NCBI GenBank assembly: GCA_964187785.1
Contig: OZ076409.1
Coordinates: forward strand, 10,046,001-10,110,000
Length of the DNA: 64,000 nucleotides
Direction of reading: 5' to 3'
Origin: Amphiscolops sp. MND2022
Lineage: Eukaryota
Shown: positions 25,888-40,496 of the stretch, in pieces
How positions within the stretch are numbered: position 1 is the first letter of the stretch
How the letters are laid out: each line of letters opens with the position of its first letter
Position numbers and translations under genes: made by a program
The notes under the pieces: generated by a model
What the model was told of the DNA's origin: nothing
Seen by the model: only the letters and a program-made list of their open reading frames with translations
Databases searched by the model: none

Positions 25888-26725
25888 CCCGTACTGGAAA
25901 CCCACCGCAACCCACCGGTTACCACCGGTGTATCACCGTGGCCACCGGTGGAAGACGTTCATAAGTTTCGATCCGTAATTCCAAATTTTGGCGGTCATTC
26001 TTTTTTTGGGTTTTATGCATGTTTTAACTGTTATATTGTTACTTATTGATTTCTGAGGGTTACTTTAATGGCCCGGGTAGCATTAAGTGCGCTTTTCGTC
26101 ACCGCGTATCCTGCAGCCGCAAGATAGATAGGATTTTCACCATTTTTGGGGGTATTTTTGTTAATTTTTCCACCCGAAAACTAGATTTTGTAGTCAAATT
26201 ATTTTAATAATTTATTGATTTTGGTGTATCCAAATATAGATCTCAATTGTATTCAAGAGTAGATTTGAAACCCATGGTTTTCGCAAAATTTGCGCTCTTT
26301 TTAGGCTTTTTTGTTGCCTTTTTAGATGATATTTCGTTAATTTTTCCACCCGAAAACTAGATTTTATAGGAGTATTATTTTCATAATTCATTGATTTTAG
26401 TGTATCCAAATATAGTGATATGAATTGAATTCACTAACAGATTAGAATCCTATGATTTCCGCAAAATTTGCGCTCTTTTAAGGTGTTTTTGGCTGATAAT
26501 TCGTTAATTTTTGCTCTATAATTCTGTTAAACTTCTGCTGGACCTGCATCATCCTTGTACCATCGGTAGAACAATCGATGACCACCGGTGGAACTACGGT
26601 GACCACCGTTGGAATCTTCGGTGGGCCACCGCAAAATCTGCGGATGCCACCGCAGTGGTCCACCGGTGGGGCTTCGGTGGAACATCGATGACCACCGGTG
26701 GACTGCGGTTGATTTCCCACCCGGG
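25888..26725. mobile_element. Old MITE with CCC...GGG ends and CCACCGGTGG subrepeats
   Basis: Diverged terminal inverted repeats, TA on both flanks, clustered CACCGGTG palindromes at both ends. Confidence 0.6.
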
Positions 26726-28366
26726 TACACAGTTTCTTGATATAATCAATGTTTTAAAAATATATATTTTGAAAGTTTGTTCTTGTTGATTTTTTATCGC
26801 CAGTACTACTGATTTCTGCTTCTGAACTGGTGAAAGCTAGAAAACTGTTTTCACTTCCATTTTAAGAGCTTGTTTCCCAGACTGTTCAATGAGACAAGAT
26901 GAGAACGCCCCGGGTCTAAGCATCGCCTAAATCCTAAACACCCATAGTCTCATAAGTTTTCCCAACATGGTTTCGAGCAAATGCTCATAATTTTCGGAGT
27001 TTCAAAAAAACCCAAAGGGCGCAAGTGGCCTTAGAATACGCTTTTCTCTGATTCGACTAATACTGAACGACATCGAATTTCAAATGACGTTTTGAACTAA
27101 TTTCACAAAAACCTTTGCTTTCAACTGCAAGTGTCCAATTACATAGCACCCTTACTGTCTACAAATAAAAACCTCGACACTGTCTCTTGAATGTGTAGCG
27201 AAATTGTTAAAATTCGAGCTTTCAACACACTTTCCAAAGTTGGAACCCCTTAAAAAAATCAAAAATATTGGCCAGGAGGAAAAAGTCTGCATGACGATCT
27301 CCGAGTTAGGCATTAGAAAACAAGACTGTAAAGCACTCTCATTCGAGATATAACGGCAATTTATTGGGAAACGAGATTCTGAACTCAACCTACCAATTTT
27401 CGCTAGAAAAACTCTGATGGAACCCGCTCAAATTCAACTTTTCTTCACTACAACTGAAACCTTTTTAAAAAGCGCTTTTCTTCATATTATTAAATGGACA
27501 AAACTTTACTGCATCAGGATTAGCTTGGAAGACATAAGTGATATAAAAACGAAGAGGCCAAAATGTCGCATTTGTTCAATGAAAAGTTTTTGCTAGAGTA
27601 TTTCATTAGTGGCTTTTTTAGCAAGATAAAAGTAGTTCCATGGAGAGGGTCCTGGAGAGTGTACCTTAAAAAAGTAATTGTTTTGGAGATTTTGATGAGA
27701 TTATTAGCTCAACTCATCAATTTTTTACACGAAAACGAATAAGATGGAACTAGCTCTGTTCAAAAATGAAGAACTAGAACATGATCTTTTGCCTGGGGCA
27801 TCTTTCAGTGGAAAATGTGTTACTCCATCACAGATGTGCTCGATGATACCTTACAAAGCCAAACAATCAAGGAACATTTTCTCGGAAAAACTGCACTCAT
27901 AAGCAACGTCATCGGGAAAAAATTTGTTCCATGAGAGTACCACGACAGTGCTCCATGAAAACGTCTAACCTATCATGGTAGCCCCTTGAATCCTAGTTCT
28001 GCAGATATTAGAAGTCAACTGGCTAGAAATTAGATTTCAAACTCAACCGACCAACTTTTCCCACCAAACATGTCTATGATGGAGCCTCTGTGGTCGAATG
28101 CTCGATCACTAGAACACAAACAATTGGCTCATCTTTCAAAGGAATAAATATTACTGAGCCACAATTGCTCTTGAAGAAATCGGCCCTGGAAACCAATTAG
28201 ACTAAAATGGGTCTCTAATCAAAAATCATTTCCGTCGAAACTTGCGCCAAAGGGAAACGTTAGCGTAATGAAAATTGTTTCACGATGAGCCCCGGGAGCG
28301 CATTACTAAAAAGCTCTTACCCACTCTTGCGTTGTTTCAATATACATAAAAAAAATCAAAATTAAG

Positions 28367-29310
28367 TGTAACGGATGCTTGCCCTTATTCTGCTCTGAGG
28401 CTTGACAAGCTTTACGCCGCCCTGAATACGTTGCTTAGTGCTGTGGGCCGTTACTGAACAAATCCTGGTTTTCTTGATTTTAAGGACTGTATCTTTTGGC
28501 TGATGGGTCCGATGTGACAAGTGGAATCTCCTGCGATTCCGCTTCACACTAGGGTGGATCCGATGTGATCCAGCACAAACTTCCCGCTCTGTATCTTTAC
28601 CCGCTACGGCTCTCCAACTATGAGAGTAGCTACGTATTCGCTCTGACCCTAGCGAAAAGTTTTAAAGATGTGGAACGTTAATTAGTCTCGCGGTCCTGAG
28701 ATCCAACTTGAATATAGCTATCCAGTGGAGAAAATCTCCCTCTAGTAATGGTATGAATATCCTTTACAATTGAAAGAATGATATGAATTTATTGGCTGAG
28801 TAAACACTCCATGTGGTGGTTTTGGTATGTTGGTGAGGTGGGCTAGACAGTATGTTTACACAATGTAAAAATCACCAATTTCAACAGAGTTACTTTTCCT
28901 TCAAGGTCATATAAGAAAATAACATAATAATTTTTCTATCAAACTTGGGTTTTCATGGTGTCCGAGCTAGGTAATTTTGGGTGTTAATTGTTCGGAACCC
29001 AGGAGAGATACGGGGTTGGGTTTTCCGAGTGAAAAGTCTGGATGCCACCACCACTATATGTGTGCGAAGTTTCGAGATGATTGAATGAGCGGTGCACCCG
29101 GACGGGTGGTGTTTCATTACATGCCTCCACTTTGGCAAAAACTTGTACTATTCCAACTGAAATCTTGGCAAAGTTTCTAAGAGTTTTAATTATAGGTTTA
29201 ATGAGTCACGTTCAAAATTCAGTTTCTCGTATTGCAATTGACTGGCGCCAACATCGCCGGCCCTGTTTTTCTCCCGAAAAACACTTTCGTAGAAAAAGGG
29301 TGCCAGTTTT
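28367..29310 (-). mobile_element. Diverged 3' LTR (28367-29253) plus purine tract and ORF tail of the same BEL/Pao family
   Basis: Colinear with 6449-7460 but with many substitutions and indels; no second LTR seen. Confidence 0.85.
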
Positions 29311-30073
29311 ACAGTCTTTTTAGTTTGTCATCAATTGTCGTTGCCTTTCTGAGAACTCCAGATTCATTGTCATCTGTGTCAGTTGTTTGCTGTGTTGTTT
29401 CTCTGCTGCAATGATTTTCCAGTCCATAATCCATCTTGCTGACCATAAAATTGTTTTCCAAATGTTAACATAACACAACAAAATCTTTCCAAAAAACTGT
29501 TTTCTCATACCAAGTCACAGTTTTCCCAAATATCACAAGCTTCATCATCAATGTCCAACATCCGTTGAGTTCAATCAATTGCTGTTCTTTCGAACCTTTA
29601 AAAGGTATGATACAAAAATGCTTCAGCTTCGTTCTTGCTTTCCTGGATTCAATATTGCCACCATCTTATGATTTGATTGACTGTAAAAACTCGTTCTCTA
29701 GCGGTGAATTCTGCAGCTAAATCGCAGTTGTCGTGTAATTGTTTCCAATCGATCCTTCCCATCTGGGACACTACCTTACGTATCAAGCTGTGGACCAAAG
29801 ATCTGAAGTTTTCTCTTCCAGCTATTGGATGGAGTAAACAATCAACCTGAAAAAGGAGAAAAACGTTGGAGTAATGACAGTTTCAGATTAACCTTTAAGC
29901 ATGAGTTTTCCACTCAAAAAAAGTAAATATTTATAAATACATTTCCAACTGATTTCACGACAAAATGAAATTTTCAAAGAAGGCTGAACAAATTGAGAAA
30001 GTGGAAAGTGGACTGATCAGCGTGAGCTCTGACACAGAAAAAAAAATGCAATTACTTGCCTCTGCACGAGTGG

Positions 30074-30964
30074 CCCAGGTTTTCAATCTTTGCGAATCTG
30101 TAAAGATCTGCAGGATTTTATCTGCAGGGTTCTGCAAAGACCGTTGCACTGAATCTTGAAGATCCATACAGATCTGCAAGATCTTTACAGAAGTGTGCAG
30201 ATCTGCAAGATCTTTACAGAAGTGTGCAGATTTTTTAAAAGATTTCTGCAGAAATATGTTTTTCTGCAGCTTCCAAGGAACCAATATACTGATTTTTGGA
30301 CTTCTTCAACTACTGCATCGAGTATTTTAGCTGACCTAGGGTCAGTCAGTTGAAACTCTCTATCACTCAAAAGTCTTGAGAAGGAAAATTTGTCCCCATC
30401 ACGAAAAATTTTGTGACGGGAGAAAATGCAGTTTTGGTAAAACACGGTAATTTATCCATTTCACTCGAACTTTCCAGAAGTGATTGTTGAACTTTAAGAG
30501 GTTCGTTTGCCATATTGACTTCGTTTTGGCCGATAAAATTTGACATGTGGCAACCATTTGGGTTGGTCGATGTGCTGATGAAAAGTTGTTTTTGTAATAT
30601 TTCCGCAACATAGTTTGTTGGAGTATTTTTAGTAATTGCTGTTAACTTGGAATACGTTATAGTAATTGTTTGGCTCTGTAAAGATCTGTAAAGATCTGCA
30701 AAACTCTACAGATCTGTACAGATTGCTGCAGAAAAATGTTTCATCATTTTGCCATAAATGAGACTTCTCTCCAGTTTTAAACACTTTTAATATTCGTTTG
30801 ACATCTCTGTGGGGTTTTTATTGTATTTCTGAGTACGTCAGTTTTTTTTCGAATCTGCACATATCTGCAAAAATCTGCAAACATTCTGCAGATCTGCACA
30901 TATCTACAAAGATCTGCAAAAATCCTGCAGATCTGCACAGATTCGCAAAGATCGAAAACCTGGG
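30074..30964. mobile_element. MITE with CCCAGGTTTT TIRs and AGATCT subrepeats
   Basis: ~40-bp imperfect TIRs (CCCAGGTTTTCAATCTTTGCGAATCTG / CAGATTCGCAAAGATCGAAAACCTGGG); GG on both flanks. Confidence 0.8.
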
Positions 30965-33900
30965 GGGTCAAGTTCTTATCACAAAATGCGCCAACTCAAG
31001 AAACTAATCAAGGAAGATTGCTTGATGATACTCGGAAACTACTCAAAACTTGAAAAAAATTCAAAACAGTACATCATAAAAACACATTCTCTGGTGACCC
31101 AACAGAACATTACGATTTTGAGCTTTACTAGTCTACATAATTACATCAACAGAGAGCAATGGTTATATCAAGTTTTTGAATGATAGCAGGTGATTCAGGA
31201 ACATGTCTAACTTGGTCATGGACCCAATGCTAGAACACCCTGGGTTGCCCACCTGAACATAATTAATCTACTTTATGCATGACGATACATATGCCGCAAA
31301 AGTGGATTTTATCAACAAGTGTACAGTGTTTTCTCCGTGAAACAAGAGCGAACAGTATTCTATTCAAACAGTGCAGTGTGTTCATTGCGCAATCTGAGCA
31401 CATTGTATTCAGAACTTACGGATTTTGGTCACTGTGTGTACTTAGAGAAAAGTGGAAACCAGTCAAGTAATTCCAACCTGAAATTTTGTTTTTCTTTGTT
31501 AGTAGTTTTTTGAACCAGCAATACGTTGCTGGTTCGTTGGGGCAAAAGTATCGTAGTGATGGTCTTTCGAAGCTCGGAGCCAGCAAGTTCATGATTATGT
31601 CAGATACGAACACTATTTTAAAAAAAACCTGAGGTTTATGAGGATGATATTTTGAACACATTTCATTCATTAGGGTTCTATATTTCAACAACTTCTGCTA
31701 CTTTTTATGAGGTTCGTGGATCTCTAAAACCTTTTGATGAATCACAAACTCACCCGTTAGTCGAAAGCTTTATCCTCGTTTTAATCATGAGTTTTTACTG
31801 TAAACGGTTTTTCTGTCATAGTTGTCATAAAACATATCAAATAGATTTTCAGTTTTTCATTAATTTCAGTACTTTCAAATCACTTCATCACTCTCTCACA
31901 CTACCTTCAAACATTCGAGCCAACAAAAAGCCGCGTTTTTATATGATTGAAAAAGTAAGATGTTCGAGCAAAATTCAGGAAAAGGATGTTTATTTTCCCA
32001 AAACCCAACTTGTAAAAACGTCAATTCCAACTTAATCCAAAATCAAGGCTTTTTGGACCCTATCTTGAGTCACGATTCATCAGTAAACAAATCTCAGCAA
32101 AAATGATGAATTTGTCGACTTCTACATTTTCAAAAAATTACTGAACAGCTTTATCCTGAAAAAAGATGGGCAAAAAGTTCGAAAGTCAAGTTTTTGCAGT
32201 TTTGGTGCAACTATTTTATGTTTCCTTAAGCATGAAAAGCCAGATAGATGAAGACTCAAAATAATCCAGCTGGTCTACTAGACACATTGATGAAGTTGTT
32301 GCGAATTTTTGTCATTAAATGTGTGAATTGATCCATAAAAAACTGAAACATCAATTATGTCTCATGGTATGTTGCTTAGAGCAATAGGCATTTTTGAAAA
32401 GAGTATTATGTCAAAATCCCCACAATACTGTGTGGAAGAAAACAAAGACGGAGGAATGGCAGAAGCCAATAAAAAACCTGCAAACAAACAACGTAAAACC
32501 GATAGAACCGAACTATTCAAATGTCTTTATGGGAAACATATTTATTTATACACTATACTACTATTCACATCCGTACATGAAAAGAAAACAAACAATACAA
32601 ACGAGACAACCAACACACTGGAGTTGCGAGTATCATGCCTAGCATGCTGACGAAAGGAATTCTGAGCGGGCTGCCGTGGACGCTGCCTCAGAGTTCAGAG
32701 TGTGTTTCATCGGTGTTTCAAACAACCACAAACGAGCCAGCGTCAGTACTGCTACGGCTAGGCAGCGCAGTAGCCAACCAAATCTAAGGCAGTGGTGTGG
32801 TCAACTATTCATTTGCTTTGGAATCCGGTTCAATTGCTAAAACGAGCCATCTTATCAGTGAAATTCGAGTACTTTGGTCAAAGTAGTCTAATATTCGACC
32901 AACGCAATAGCAGGTACAGGCAGACTAGAACACTGTGATTTGAGTTGTCCACACACCAGTTGATCCGACTGGAGCTCGCACTCGAATTCCACATCGAAGG
33001 TACGACAATTTTGCAGCACTCTGAAGCAAACCAGATTTACGTCTCCACTACGTCACTAAATTATATACAAATATAACATACCTCGCTAGTGAAGAGAATG
33101 ATGTTTGATGTGTGTTTTGTAAAAAGAGTGATAAATTGAACAAAAACCGTCTAAAATTTTAGTTTCCGATTTTGTGTTTCACACTTTAGAGCTTCTTTTG
33201 TGAGTATTGGTTTCAAAACGTGTTCAACAACAACTTAATTAGTTTCTTATCATACTTTTGTGCAATATACTTTTCCAAGAAAGGGAACGATAAAGCGAGA
33301 TGTGTGTACTGACCTACATTAATAACCAATAGTATTTAGATGTTTATAGAATGTTCTAGAATGTACATTTATTTATTATTGAATGACTGTAAATCTCTAC
33401 TCCCTCAGAGAGAGAAAACTAATAATCAGTATTCAGTTGACTTCCTTTTGTTCTACTTCTAACACCTCGAACTAGTTGTAATAAAGTTAGCTAGCTAGCC
33501 TGTCTCTTAGCCGCTTTTAGTAGTTGTGAATAATACCACCAAAAGAAATAACCAACCATTAAAAGCAGCACAATTTGGTGCGACTCGTAAAATTTCTTGC
33601 CTTTTCTCCTGGATGATTTCTCTTCTCTCAACAATCATACAAATACCACTCTCCATCTTTGAAATTCTCTGGAATTGCAGTGAAATCTTTCTAGAATTTC
33701 TTGAAAATTTAGTCTGTGACTTTCTGAATTTCATCAATAAATACATCATCGTTCGAAATACAATTTCTCCACTACAACAATCAACTCAAATATAACAAAT
33801 TTTCTTCACTACCGGTTTATCACGTTTTCTAACACGTTGACACGGTTCTTCTTCCTGTTCTTCTTGCCATACCGGTTTATCACGTTTTCCAATACCTTGA

Positions 33901-34261
33901 AACGGTTTCATTTCAGACTGATTTATCCATTGTGACACAGTTCTGTTTCTCTTCTCTTTCCAGACTGATTTATCCAAAAGTGGCACAGTTCTGTTCTCTA
34001 TACTGATTTATCACAGCTAATCCGGAAGCTTGTTGAAACAGTTCTTTGATGTTTGTCTGGTTTATCAAGGTTTTCTAACACCTTTGACACAGCAACTTTC
34101 TTCAATCTTGCTATCTTGAATGTCAGGTGGACTCCTGGTGTAATAGTTGACTGAGCGCATGTCCAGCTCCGCTCACGTATAAGCACAAACGTCTCAAGAT
34201 CAACTTCGTTTTGGCAGAAACCCTGGATTTTTACCTTTACGTTTCGGATCCATTTTCTACG

Positions 34262-37200
34262 AAAAACTCCTACAAAATAATTTTCAGAAAGAGACTCTGA
34301 ATACAAAAAAAGGCAACCAAGGCTATCTACAAAAAACAACCACGCACTATTCCATTTCTTTTCCTATTGTCGACAAACAATACAAATAATTTCACAAAAC
34401 TTGAACAATACAAGTAACTTCAAAACTTAAACAACACAAGAAAAACAAACAACACAATTTACACTTAACCTTATATCTAGTACTTTCATTGGTCATAATT
34501 TCAACATAATCCTACAAAACAATTATTTTAACAAAATACCACATACAATTCTCACAACTCTTTTGCTCTAAAACCTAAAATAAGGCATGTAAATAACACA
34601 AACACTGTAAAGTTAGTTTTCTACTTTCAGGCACCCACAATTCCTATCCCCTCCCGTAAGACTTAGACAATCAGACAGCCTCACCAGCTTATCTTGATTC
34701 TAAGACTGACTAACAACTTTAGTTAAGTGTAAACGTCTTTAAGGAGAATCGAGAGGACACCGAACTACGTTCGAATCTTCAAAATTCTCAGGAAGTAAAA
34801 GTAAAAGTTAAAAAAACCAAGATCAAACTTTGATCTTGATCAGTATTGATCAGACTTTGGATAATGGACGTTGATTGTTCAGAGTTCCACTCCCTTAGTC
34901 TTAAAACACACAATCCACTTAAAATTAAAACAACCTTAGTTTTCCTGGACGTGTCAGTAACCTTATGTTAGACACTTTAAAGTGATCCAGACTTAAAATC
35001 ACATTTAGTTTCTGTTAGCAATCCTTGAGGTTGAATACAGATCCTACTGCATCCGCTTCTTTCTTCACTATCCAAAACTATTAACATCCCAAATAACTTC
35101 AAATTACAATACAAATTATATGAACCCTAACATATACAATCAAGTAATTTATCCTTTCAACTTTTACATTCCGCCAATTAGCTCCCTTCAAAACCCTACA
35201 TCAAACGATTTTGAAAGATTAATTGAACGATATCAACAATATTTTTTCTTTATCATAAATCAACAAAGACCTTACCCCAGAGCTCCAACTTAGAAAATCT
35301 CTATAAAAATTATTTTCAACGTTTTAATCTTCACATTATAACATGTGGGAAAAAGTTACCACAGTAGTACCCATTACAACATACACGTTTTGTGTCTTAT
35401 TTATAGTTTGTGTTCTCCTTGAAAAAATACTTACAGTGATAACAGACAAACTTTAAAAATGTCCTCAACAACAACTTTCCTACCTTTTCAAATTTCCGTC
35501 ATTAAAAATGCAAAAGTTGTAAAATTAGAACTAAACCCATTCCTACAAAACATTAATTCACATTATACACAACCACTCCCATTTGAAAATGAACCTCATA
35601 CAATTAAAACAATCCCTCTTATTAGAGAACATTTGGACACAGATCTCTTCTATATTAGATACAAAGTTTTAACTATCACCGCAGAATACCCAGCTTTTCA
35701 AATCTCTTTTCCCCAACAAAGAACTAATTCATCTCATATATACAGAAGAACAATGAAGCCAATAAATCTCCAAGTTCCTATTAAACAAGTTTTTCACGCT
35801 TTTTTATACAATGTGAAAGACCACAACCTAGCACATGAAATTCCAAAATTTAGTCCAAATGCACTCGACGATCTTCAACGATATATAAACAATTTCGATG
35901 TAGAAATTATTGAAAGATTAGTTATTCCTGAAGACAATCCTCATCATTGGTTACAAACTGATATACTACGAATTCAAAATTTCCTCTACCATTACTTCAA
36001 AGACTTAACATTAAATAACCAAACAATTCCTCAGATCAAAGTAATATCTCTATTCCTCAGAAAATACTTCAGATTTAATTATCAACTATTATAGTAACAA
36101 CAAGATCAATCTGCTTTTACAGCATTCCCAAATCATTTTACAGTCGACGAATGTTTACCATTCATCATCAGTGAACAAAATGAACATCCTTACTTTCATA
36201 AACCACAATTAATTACAAAACAAACTTTAGATTACATACGTTTTGATCCTCTATTAATTACAGAAAATGATCTATTTGCAGACAGTAGACCTTATCACTA
36301 TGAACAAAATTCTCAAGTTCAGCAAAACTTACATTTTAACACTAACAATTCTACTGAAGATGATAATACCAATCAGGAAAATACACTCCAACAACAACAT
36401 CAAAAAGAAACCAATAACGATAATGAGTTTACTACCCAAGAATCTACAATTTTAACACATAATCCATCACAAGCAGGAACATCAACATCAGTACAAACTC
36501 ACAAAAAATTCCTACAAAATAGTTTTCAGAAATGGACTCTGAATACAAAAAAAGGCAACCAAGACTATCTACAAAAAACAACCACGCACTATTCCATTTC
36601 TTTTCCTATTGTCGACAAACAATACAAATAATTTCACAAAACCTAAACAATACAAGTAACTTCAAAACTTGAACAACACAAGAAAAATAACAACACAATT
36701 TACACTCAACCTTATATCTAGTACTTTCATTGGTCATAATTTCAACATAATGCTACAAAACAATTATTTTAACAAAATACCACATACAATTCTCACAACT
36801 CTTTTGCTCTAAAACCTAAAATAAGGCATGTAAATAACACAAACACTGTAAAGTTAGTTTTCTACTTTCAGGCACCCACAATTCCTATCCCCTACCGTAA
36901 GTCTTGGACAATCAGACAGCCTCACCAGCTTATCTTGATTCTAAGACTGACTAACAACTTTAGTTAAGTGTTAACGTCTTTAAGGAGAATCGAGATGATA
37001 CCGAACTACGTTCGAATATTCAAAATTCTCAGGAAGTAAAAGTCAAAGTAAAAGAAACAAAGATCAAACTTTGATCTTGATCAGTATTGATCAGACTTTG
37101 GATAGTAGATGTTGATTGTTCAGAGTTCCACTCCCTTAGTCTTAAAACACACAATCCACTTAAAATTAAAACAACCTTAGTTTTCCTGGACGTGTCAGTA

Positions 37201-38742
37201 ACCTTATGTTAGACACTTTAAAGTGATCCAGACTTAAAATCACATTTAGTTTCTGTTAGCAATCCTTGAGGTTGAATACAGATCCTACTGCATCCGCTTC
37301 TTTCTTCTCTATCCAAAACTATTAACATCCCAAATAACTTCAAATTACAATACAAATTATATGAACCCTAACATATACAATCAAGTAATTTATTCTTTCA
37401 ACTTTTACATTCCGCCAATTAGTTCCCTTCAAAACCCTACATCAAACGATTTTGAAAGATTAATTGAACGATATCAACAATATTTTTTCTTTATCATAAA
37501 TCAACAAAGACATTACCCAAGAGCTCCAACCTAGAAAATCTCTATAAAAATTATTTCCAACGTTTTATTCTTCACATTATAACACGTGGGAAAAAGTTAC
37601 CACAGTAGTACTCATTACAACATACACGTTTTGTGTCTTATTTATAGTTTGTGTTCTCCTTGAAAAAATACTTACAGTGATAACAGACAAACTTTAAAAA
37701 TGTCCTCAACAACAACTTTTCTACCTTTTCAAACTCTCGTCATCAAAAATGCAAAAGTTGTAAAATTAGAACTAAACCCATTCCTACAAAACATTATTTC
37801 ACATTATACACAACCACTCCCATTTGAAAATGAACCTCATACAATTGAAACAATCCCTCTTATTAGAGAACATTTGGACACATACCTCTTCTATATTAGA
37901 TACAAAGTTTTAACTATCACCGCAGAATACCCAGCTTTTCAAATCTCTTTTCCCCAACAAAGACCTAATTCATCTCATATATACAGAAGAACAATAAACC
38001 CAATAAATCTCCAAGTTCCTATTAAACAAGTTTTTCACGCTTTTTTAAACAATGTGAAAGACCACAACCTAGCACATGAAATTCCAAAATTTAGTCCAAA
38101 TGCACTCGAGGATCTTCAACGATATATAAATAATTTCGATGTAGAAATTATTGAAAGATTAGTTAATCCTGAAGACAATCCCCATCATTGGTTACAAACT
38201 GATATACTACGAATTCAAAATTTCCTCTACAATTACTTCGAAGACTTAACATTAAATGACCAAACAATTCCTCAGATCAAAGTAATATCTCTATTCCTCA
38301 GAAAAAACTTCAGATTTAATTATCAACTATTATGGTCACAACAAGATCAATCTGCTTTTACAGCATTCCCAAATCATTTTACAGTCGACGAATGTTTACC
38401 ATTCATCATCAGTGAACAAAATGAACATCCTTATTTTCATAAACCACAATTAATTACAAAACAAACTTTAGATTACATACGTTTTGATCCTCTATTAATT
38501 ACAGAAAATGATCTATTTGCAGACAATAGACCTTATCACTATGAAGAAAATTCTCAAGTTCAGCAAAACTTACATTTTAACACTAACAATTCAACTGAAG
38601 ATGATAATACCAATCAGGAAAATACACTCCAACAACAACATCAAAATGAAACTAATAACGATAATGAGTTATTATCCCGAGAATCTACAATTTCAACACA
38701 TAATCTATCACAAGCAGGAACATCAACATCAGTACACACTCA
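34262..38742 (+). repeat. Tandem duplication, 2241-bp unit x2
   Basis: ORF starts at 35459 and 37700 are 2241 bp apart; the copies are colinear with scattered substitutions. Confidence 0.92.
35459..36500 (+). pseudogene. Truncated duplicate of retroelement ORF1
   Basis: Same N-terminus as 37700..39520; TAG at 36092-36094 where the second copy has TGG. Confidence 0.8.
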
Positions 38743-39590
38743 ATTATTTAGTGTTCCCACTAGAGTTGTAAATCAAAGACAAAATACACATAGTCCTAAA
38801 TCTCATTTAGATACATCTCCAATCCGTAATATAACTTTCAACCTTCCATACACGGATGAAACCCACGACGAAACCCATGACACATTACATGATGATATTC
38901 TGACTACATCTAGTGCTCAGAATACTTCTGTTAATGTTGCATCTCCAACAAGAACTATTCCTGATTCTACAAGATACATTACTCGACCTAGATATGATCC
39001 TCCATCAATTCCCTCTGCTTTCCGCTCAAATAGATCGATTTCTTCAAACAACAATTTTAATGATAACCCTCAAACTTCCAATCAATATTATGATCCATTT
39101 AATTATAACTTTTATCCTCCATCAAACACCACTACCAATACAAATATCAACCAAAATCACTCTCAAATTAATACAACTTCAACAACACAAAACCCCTTCA
39201 TACAATTATCACATACCACTGCTTCACAGAATATATATTCTCAAAATCAAGGAACTTCGTATCCTTCTACTTCTTATTCTAATATTACACAAGCTTCTCA
39301 AAGGAGACTTCAAAACCCTCCACTTACACATATACCAACTGATCCTTTGTATCAAATGCATCCAAATCCAAATCCTAATCCTAATCCAAATCCATTACCA
39401 CAAAATACAATTCAACATATACCTCCTCAACTCACACAACAATTAGCTCCTCCACTCAAAAATTTACCAATGCCACAAGATACCTTTATGAAATGTCCGC
39501 TTCAATACCAGAACCTATGAAACTTTTTGACGGTTTAGACCATTCTTATACCCCAGAAGAATATCTACAACAAGTCGAAGCTAGATTTAC
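37700..39590 (+). pseudogene. Retroelement ORF1/gag-like protein (606-aa ORF, then a frameshifted gag-like segment), cut by an insertion
   Basis: Long N/Q/T/P-rich ORF; the overlapping frame from 39493 gives MSASIPEPMKLFDGLDHSYTPEEYLQQVEAR. Confidence 0.65.
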
Positions 39591-39699
39591 CATTACGACG
39601 CATAACCCTACACTTTTTGTGCAGCTCAAAGTTGAGCCGTTTGAGCAGTGGAATCCTGGGCCAAGCTTTAAAACATGCCAACCGCAAAGAGCGAAAGTC

Positions 39700-40000
39700 G
39701 CCGCGTGGAATTCAGGGACAAATACCGCAGTGTATAATTTCTCGCGATTTCAGTTGACGATAAGGCAAAATCGCGGAATCCGCTGCATTGGTCAGCTCGA
39801 AATCGTGGAATCCACTGCTTGCAGCGGATTCCGGGGCAGTGACAGCGGAATCCGGACCAGTACCAGCGGAATCCGGGGCAGTGTCAGCGGATTCCGCAGA
39901 CTAATGCAAGCAAGTAATAAAATGTTTGTTTTGTGAAGCGGAATCCACTGACAGCTCTGCGTGACATTTGTTTCAAGTTGTATGACAGCGGAATCCGCAG
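39700..40000. repeat. Subterminal cluster of GCGGAATCCG/GCGGATTCCG near-palindromes
   Basis: Many copies within 300 bp, just inside the left junction. Confidence 0.85.
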
Positions 40001-40170
40001 ACGAGCGCAGGCTAGTATAAAGCTTGCTGTATACCTTTATTATTGTGTTTAATAGGGCGTATACAGTTTCTGGGTTTAGGATAAACAAGTCTCCTTGATG
40101 TATTATAGGCCTTCATGTATGGAATCCACTGTTGTCTCTGGGATTAAGATTACTGTCTCCATTATGTATT

Positions 40171-40496
40171 CTACTATGGTCTCTGGGATTAAGATTACTG
40201 AGATAAATTAAAATATGTATCATAATTCTGTATTGCTCGTAATCTACTACTGTATTTTGTGTTTAATTGGATGTGTTTTAATCTAGTTCTATGATGAGAA
40301 TCTATGATAATTTCATTGAATTCAAACTTTTGGAGCCTACTATGGTCTCTGGGATTCAGATTACTGAGATAAATTAAAATATGTATCATAATTCTGTATT
40401 GCTCGTAATCTACTACTGTATTTTGTGTTTAATTGCATGTGTTTTAATCTAGTTCTATGATAAGAAACTATGATAATTTCATTGAATTCAAACTTT
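40171..40496. repeat. ~166-bp tandem duplication
   Basis: CTACTATGGTCTCTGGGATT.AGATTACTGAGATAAATT at 40171 and 40337. Confidence 0.85.

Larger units (their letters stand above)
33477..39590 (+). mobile_element. 5' part of an LTR (probably Gypsy-like) retroelement with a 2241-bp tandem duplication, truncated in gag
   Basis: Possible TGTAATA LTR start at 33477; G-poor + strand; duplicated ORF1; gag-like motif FDGLDHSYTPEEYLQQVEAR ends abruptly at ~39590. Confidence 0.65.

Noticed and set aside
30970..33470. Short ORFs as possible host exons
   Set aside because: No recognisable domains and no consistent splice chain.
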